Of a stretch of 64,000 nucleotides of DNA, positions 62,232 through 64,000 are shown piece by piece; the stretch's first letter is position 1, and every line of letters begins with the position of its first letter. Both the position numbers and the translations under genes were made by a program. This DNA comes from Deltaproteobacteria bacterium (GTDB lineage: Bacteria; Desulfobacterota; GWC2-55-46; JAJCZF01). Location: positions 31,270 to 95,269 of the forward strand of contig JAJCZF010000082.1 in NCBI GenBank assembly GCA_029262535.1, read 5' to 3'. Under the pieces are notes generated by a model, which ran no database searches, was not told the DNA's origin, and was given only the letters and a program-made list of their open reading frames with translations.

Positions 62232-64000
62232 CTATCCCTCGCACTCGCTTAGAGCGGTCGTTGCAGCCTCGCTGAGATTCGAGTCCTCATGATCCGTAAA
62301 ACTTTTAAGCGTATCCACGGCATCTTTCGACCCTAGTTTTCCAAGCGCACGGGCCGCCGATATCTTTACCGGGACCTCGTCGTCTTTTAAAAGTTCTATA
62401 AGTTTCTCTTCGGCCTCGGTCGCGCCCTTGTCCGCAAGCAGGTTCACGGCCTTGAAACGAACCCACATATCGTCGTCCGAGAGCGCCTGTACTACATATT
62501 TAATACCGAGCGGATGTGAGCTGAGCACATCTAAAGCCGCAAGGCGGACTTCCTTTTCGCTATCGGAAAGAGCGCCGGCAATGGTTGTAGCCACGTCGTC
62601 ATTGGTAAAGGTAGCAAGGCTCCGAACGGCGGCGCTCCGCACCTTTGCGTCTTCATCGTCAAAGGCCTTGCCCAGCGCATCCTTGGCGGCGTCGCTCTTA
62701 TAACCCGAAAGGCCGCTCGCGCCGATGAGCCGGAGTTCCGCCTTATCGTTGCAAAGGAGTGAAACAAGAGCCGACTCGACCTCGTCGCCGGAGAAAGAAG
62801 CGATAGCCTCGCCCATTGCCTCCCTGACATCGTCGTAAGGCTCGTCGGCGAGCGCGTCAAGGATGGGCTTGACCGCGTGATCGTCGCCCATCTTCGCCAG
62901 TCCCCTTACGGCAAACTTTCTTGTTGTGCCGTCGCCGTCCGATACCGCCTCCAGCAATGTGTCAAAACTTTCCTTATCTCCTATATCGCCTATGGCCTCA
63001 ACCAAGCAGCGATTGACCGTCCTGTCGTCGCTGGCCTTATAGATCTCACACATATCGGCGACCGAATCCGGGTCTTTTATCTCTCCAAGGGCTTCGGCAA
63101 AGACAAGCATCTTTGTCGGATACTCTTTTATAGCCTCTATAATCTTGTCGGTCTTGGCGCAGGAGATGATAGCGTCTTTCAGATACATGCGCATATCGTC
63201 CTCGTACTCCCTGGTCACGGCAAAGAGAAGAAGCGTATCCAGGGCGCTATTGTCTTCTAGCAGGCCGAGCCCCTTGATAATGTCCTGTTGCTCAAAAAAG
63301 TCGGCCTCATGAAGGCGCGGGGCGAGTATGTCGAGAAAGATATTTTTGTCCTCCTCGGACATGTGCCCCTGGAAGCGTTCTATAAACCTCACGACCGTAT
63401 CGACAGAGAGAACGTGGGATACGCCGGGAGAGGCGATTACATGCATGACCTTTTCGCAGTCCTTCGGTTCGGCCAGCTGTGAAAGGGCGTCTATGGCCGC
63501 TATGCGCGATACGTCTATTGCGCGAAATACGTCCAGAAGCTTTTCCGTGACCTGTGCGCCTCCTATAGTGCCGAGCGCTTCAAGCACAGAGAATTTTACC
63601 CACTCGTCGTCGTCGTTAAGGGCCTCCAAAAGAGGTTCGATGGCCTCTGTGGCGTACATCTTGCCAAAGGCGACGGCAACGGCGGCGCGGATATTCGGAT
63701 TTTTGTGTTTTAAGAGGGGTATTACCTTCGGGACCGGCTCGTGATTGCCTATGAGACCGATGATATCGATAACGAACTTAAGGACGTCTTCATCCTCTTC
63801 GCCCAGGCGCGCGCTGAGTTCGGGAAGGCATACCTCGCCTAACCTTGAGAGTATCTCCAGAGAAATATTCCTGATATATACCTCATGAGAATAGAGCAGC
63901 GGCACAACGGCCTTAACGACCTCTTCGTTCGCTATACGGGCCAGCGAGTTCACGGCTTCGTCTTTTATAAGAGGAGACGGGTCTTTAAGGAGCCCTACCA
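62232..64000 (-). CDS. HEAT/PBS-lyase-repeat protein, 5' end beyond the window
   Basis: Many repeats of the type D.D..VR..A..ALG..G. The reading frame stays open upstream of the track start (GTG 63953) to the window edge (...VGLLKDPSPLIKDEAVNSLARIAN), so the gene is partial. Confidence 0.8.
   Translation of the reverse strand, partial: VGLLKDPSPLIKDEAVNSLARIANEEVVKAVVPLLYSHEVYIRNISLEILSRLGEVCLPELSARLGEEDEDVLKFVIDIIGLIGNHEPVPKVIPLLKHKNPNIRAAVAVAFGKMYATEAIEPLLEALNDDDEWVKFSVLEALGTIGGAQVTEKLLDVFRAIDVSRIAAIDALSQLAEPKDCEKVMHVIASPGVSHVLSVDTVVRFIERFQGHMSEEDKNIFLDILAPRLHEADFFEQQDIIKGLGLLEDNSALDTLLLFAVTREYEDDMRMYLKDAIISCAKTDKIIEAIKEYPTKMLVFAEALGEIKDPDSVADMCEIYKASDDRTVNRCLVEAIGDIGDKESFDTLLEAVSDGDGTTRKFAVRGLAKMGDDHAVKPILDALADEPYDDVREAMGEAIASFSGDEVESALVSLLCNDKAELRLIGASGLSGYKSDAAKDALGKAFDDEDAKVRSAAVRSLATFTNDDVATTIAGALSDSEKEVRLAALDVLSSHPLGIKYVVQALSDDDMWVRFKAVNLLADKGATEAEEKLIELLKDDEVPVKISAARALGKLGSKDAVDTLKSFTDHEDSNLSEAATTALSECEG

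Noticed and set aside
1-64000. Scan for CRISPR arrays, rRNA/tRNA genes, transposases/integrases, or defence-system signatures
   Set aside because: None was seen. The only repeats are the flagellin-start duplication, the paralogous GT genes, and short regulatory motifs. No recombinase-like or nuclease-like ORFs were recognised.

Overview
The window is almost entirely coded on the minus strand and reads as a flagellar, chemotaxis and glycan super-locus of a flagellated, probably non-enteric bacterium. Taxon cannot be assigned from sequence alone. All calls come from reading the ORF translations for family motifs and reading the DNA by eye, because no BLAST, HMM or folding tool was available.

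Gene content from left to right:
(1) 1-21.2 kb: a roughly 19.5 kb, tightly packed glycan-biosynthesis island transcribed leftwards. In transcription order it holds a MarR-like regulator, the Wzm/Wzt ABC exporter, a sulfotransferase and a methyltransferase. Next come a WecE-like aminotransferase, a radical-SAM/SPASM protein and a WbqC-family protein. These are followed by two giant tandem-paralogous multi-domain glycosyltransferases (1629 and 897 aa) and a GT4. The island ends with a disrupted MBOAT plus AlgJ-like O-acetylation pair and a second methyltransferase. A secreted beta-helix protein sits at the far left on the plus strand.
(2) 21.3-23.3 kb: a divergent SGNH hydrolase and a PilZ protein.
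(3) 23.8-30.0 kb: the filament module, with two flagellin-flaG units, fliD, fliS, a FliT-like ORF, sigma-28 promoters and a truncated third flagellin 5' end.
(4) 30.0-42.1 kb: a flagellin glycosylation block. It contains an unknown acidic protein, Maf, a GH57-like protein, an ATP-grasp enzyme, pseG, an SpsF-type cytidylyltransferase, pseI, a Gfo/Idh/MocA oxidoreductase, pseC and pseB.
(5) 42.1-51.3 kb: fliW, csrA, flgL, flgK, flgN, flgM, a flgJ-M23 fusion, flgI, flgH, flgA, flgG and flgF, with a textbook sigma-54 promoter.
(6) 51.5-64 kb: a small His-rich ORF, cheW, an MCP, motB, motA, cheB, cheA, cheZ, cheY, a second REC protein, cheR and a HEAT-repeat protein that runs off the right edge.

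No rRNA, tRNA, CRISPR array, transposase or integrase was seen.

Most interesting observations:
- A flagellin leader and N-terminus remnant has kept its promoter and CsrA-type GGA motifs.
- The two flagellin leaders carry complementary or hairpin elements.
- The giant GT2-GT2-GT9 paralog pair lies next to a Wzt carrying a carbohydrate-binding tail and a sulfotransferase.
- Three gene lesions are confined to the O-acetylation pair.
- The pseudaminic-acid pathway lacks PseH but has gained ATP-grasp, oxidoreductase and GH57-like genes coupled to Maf.
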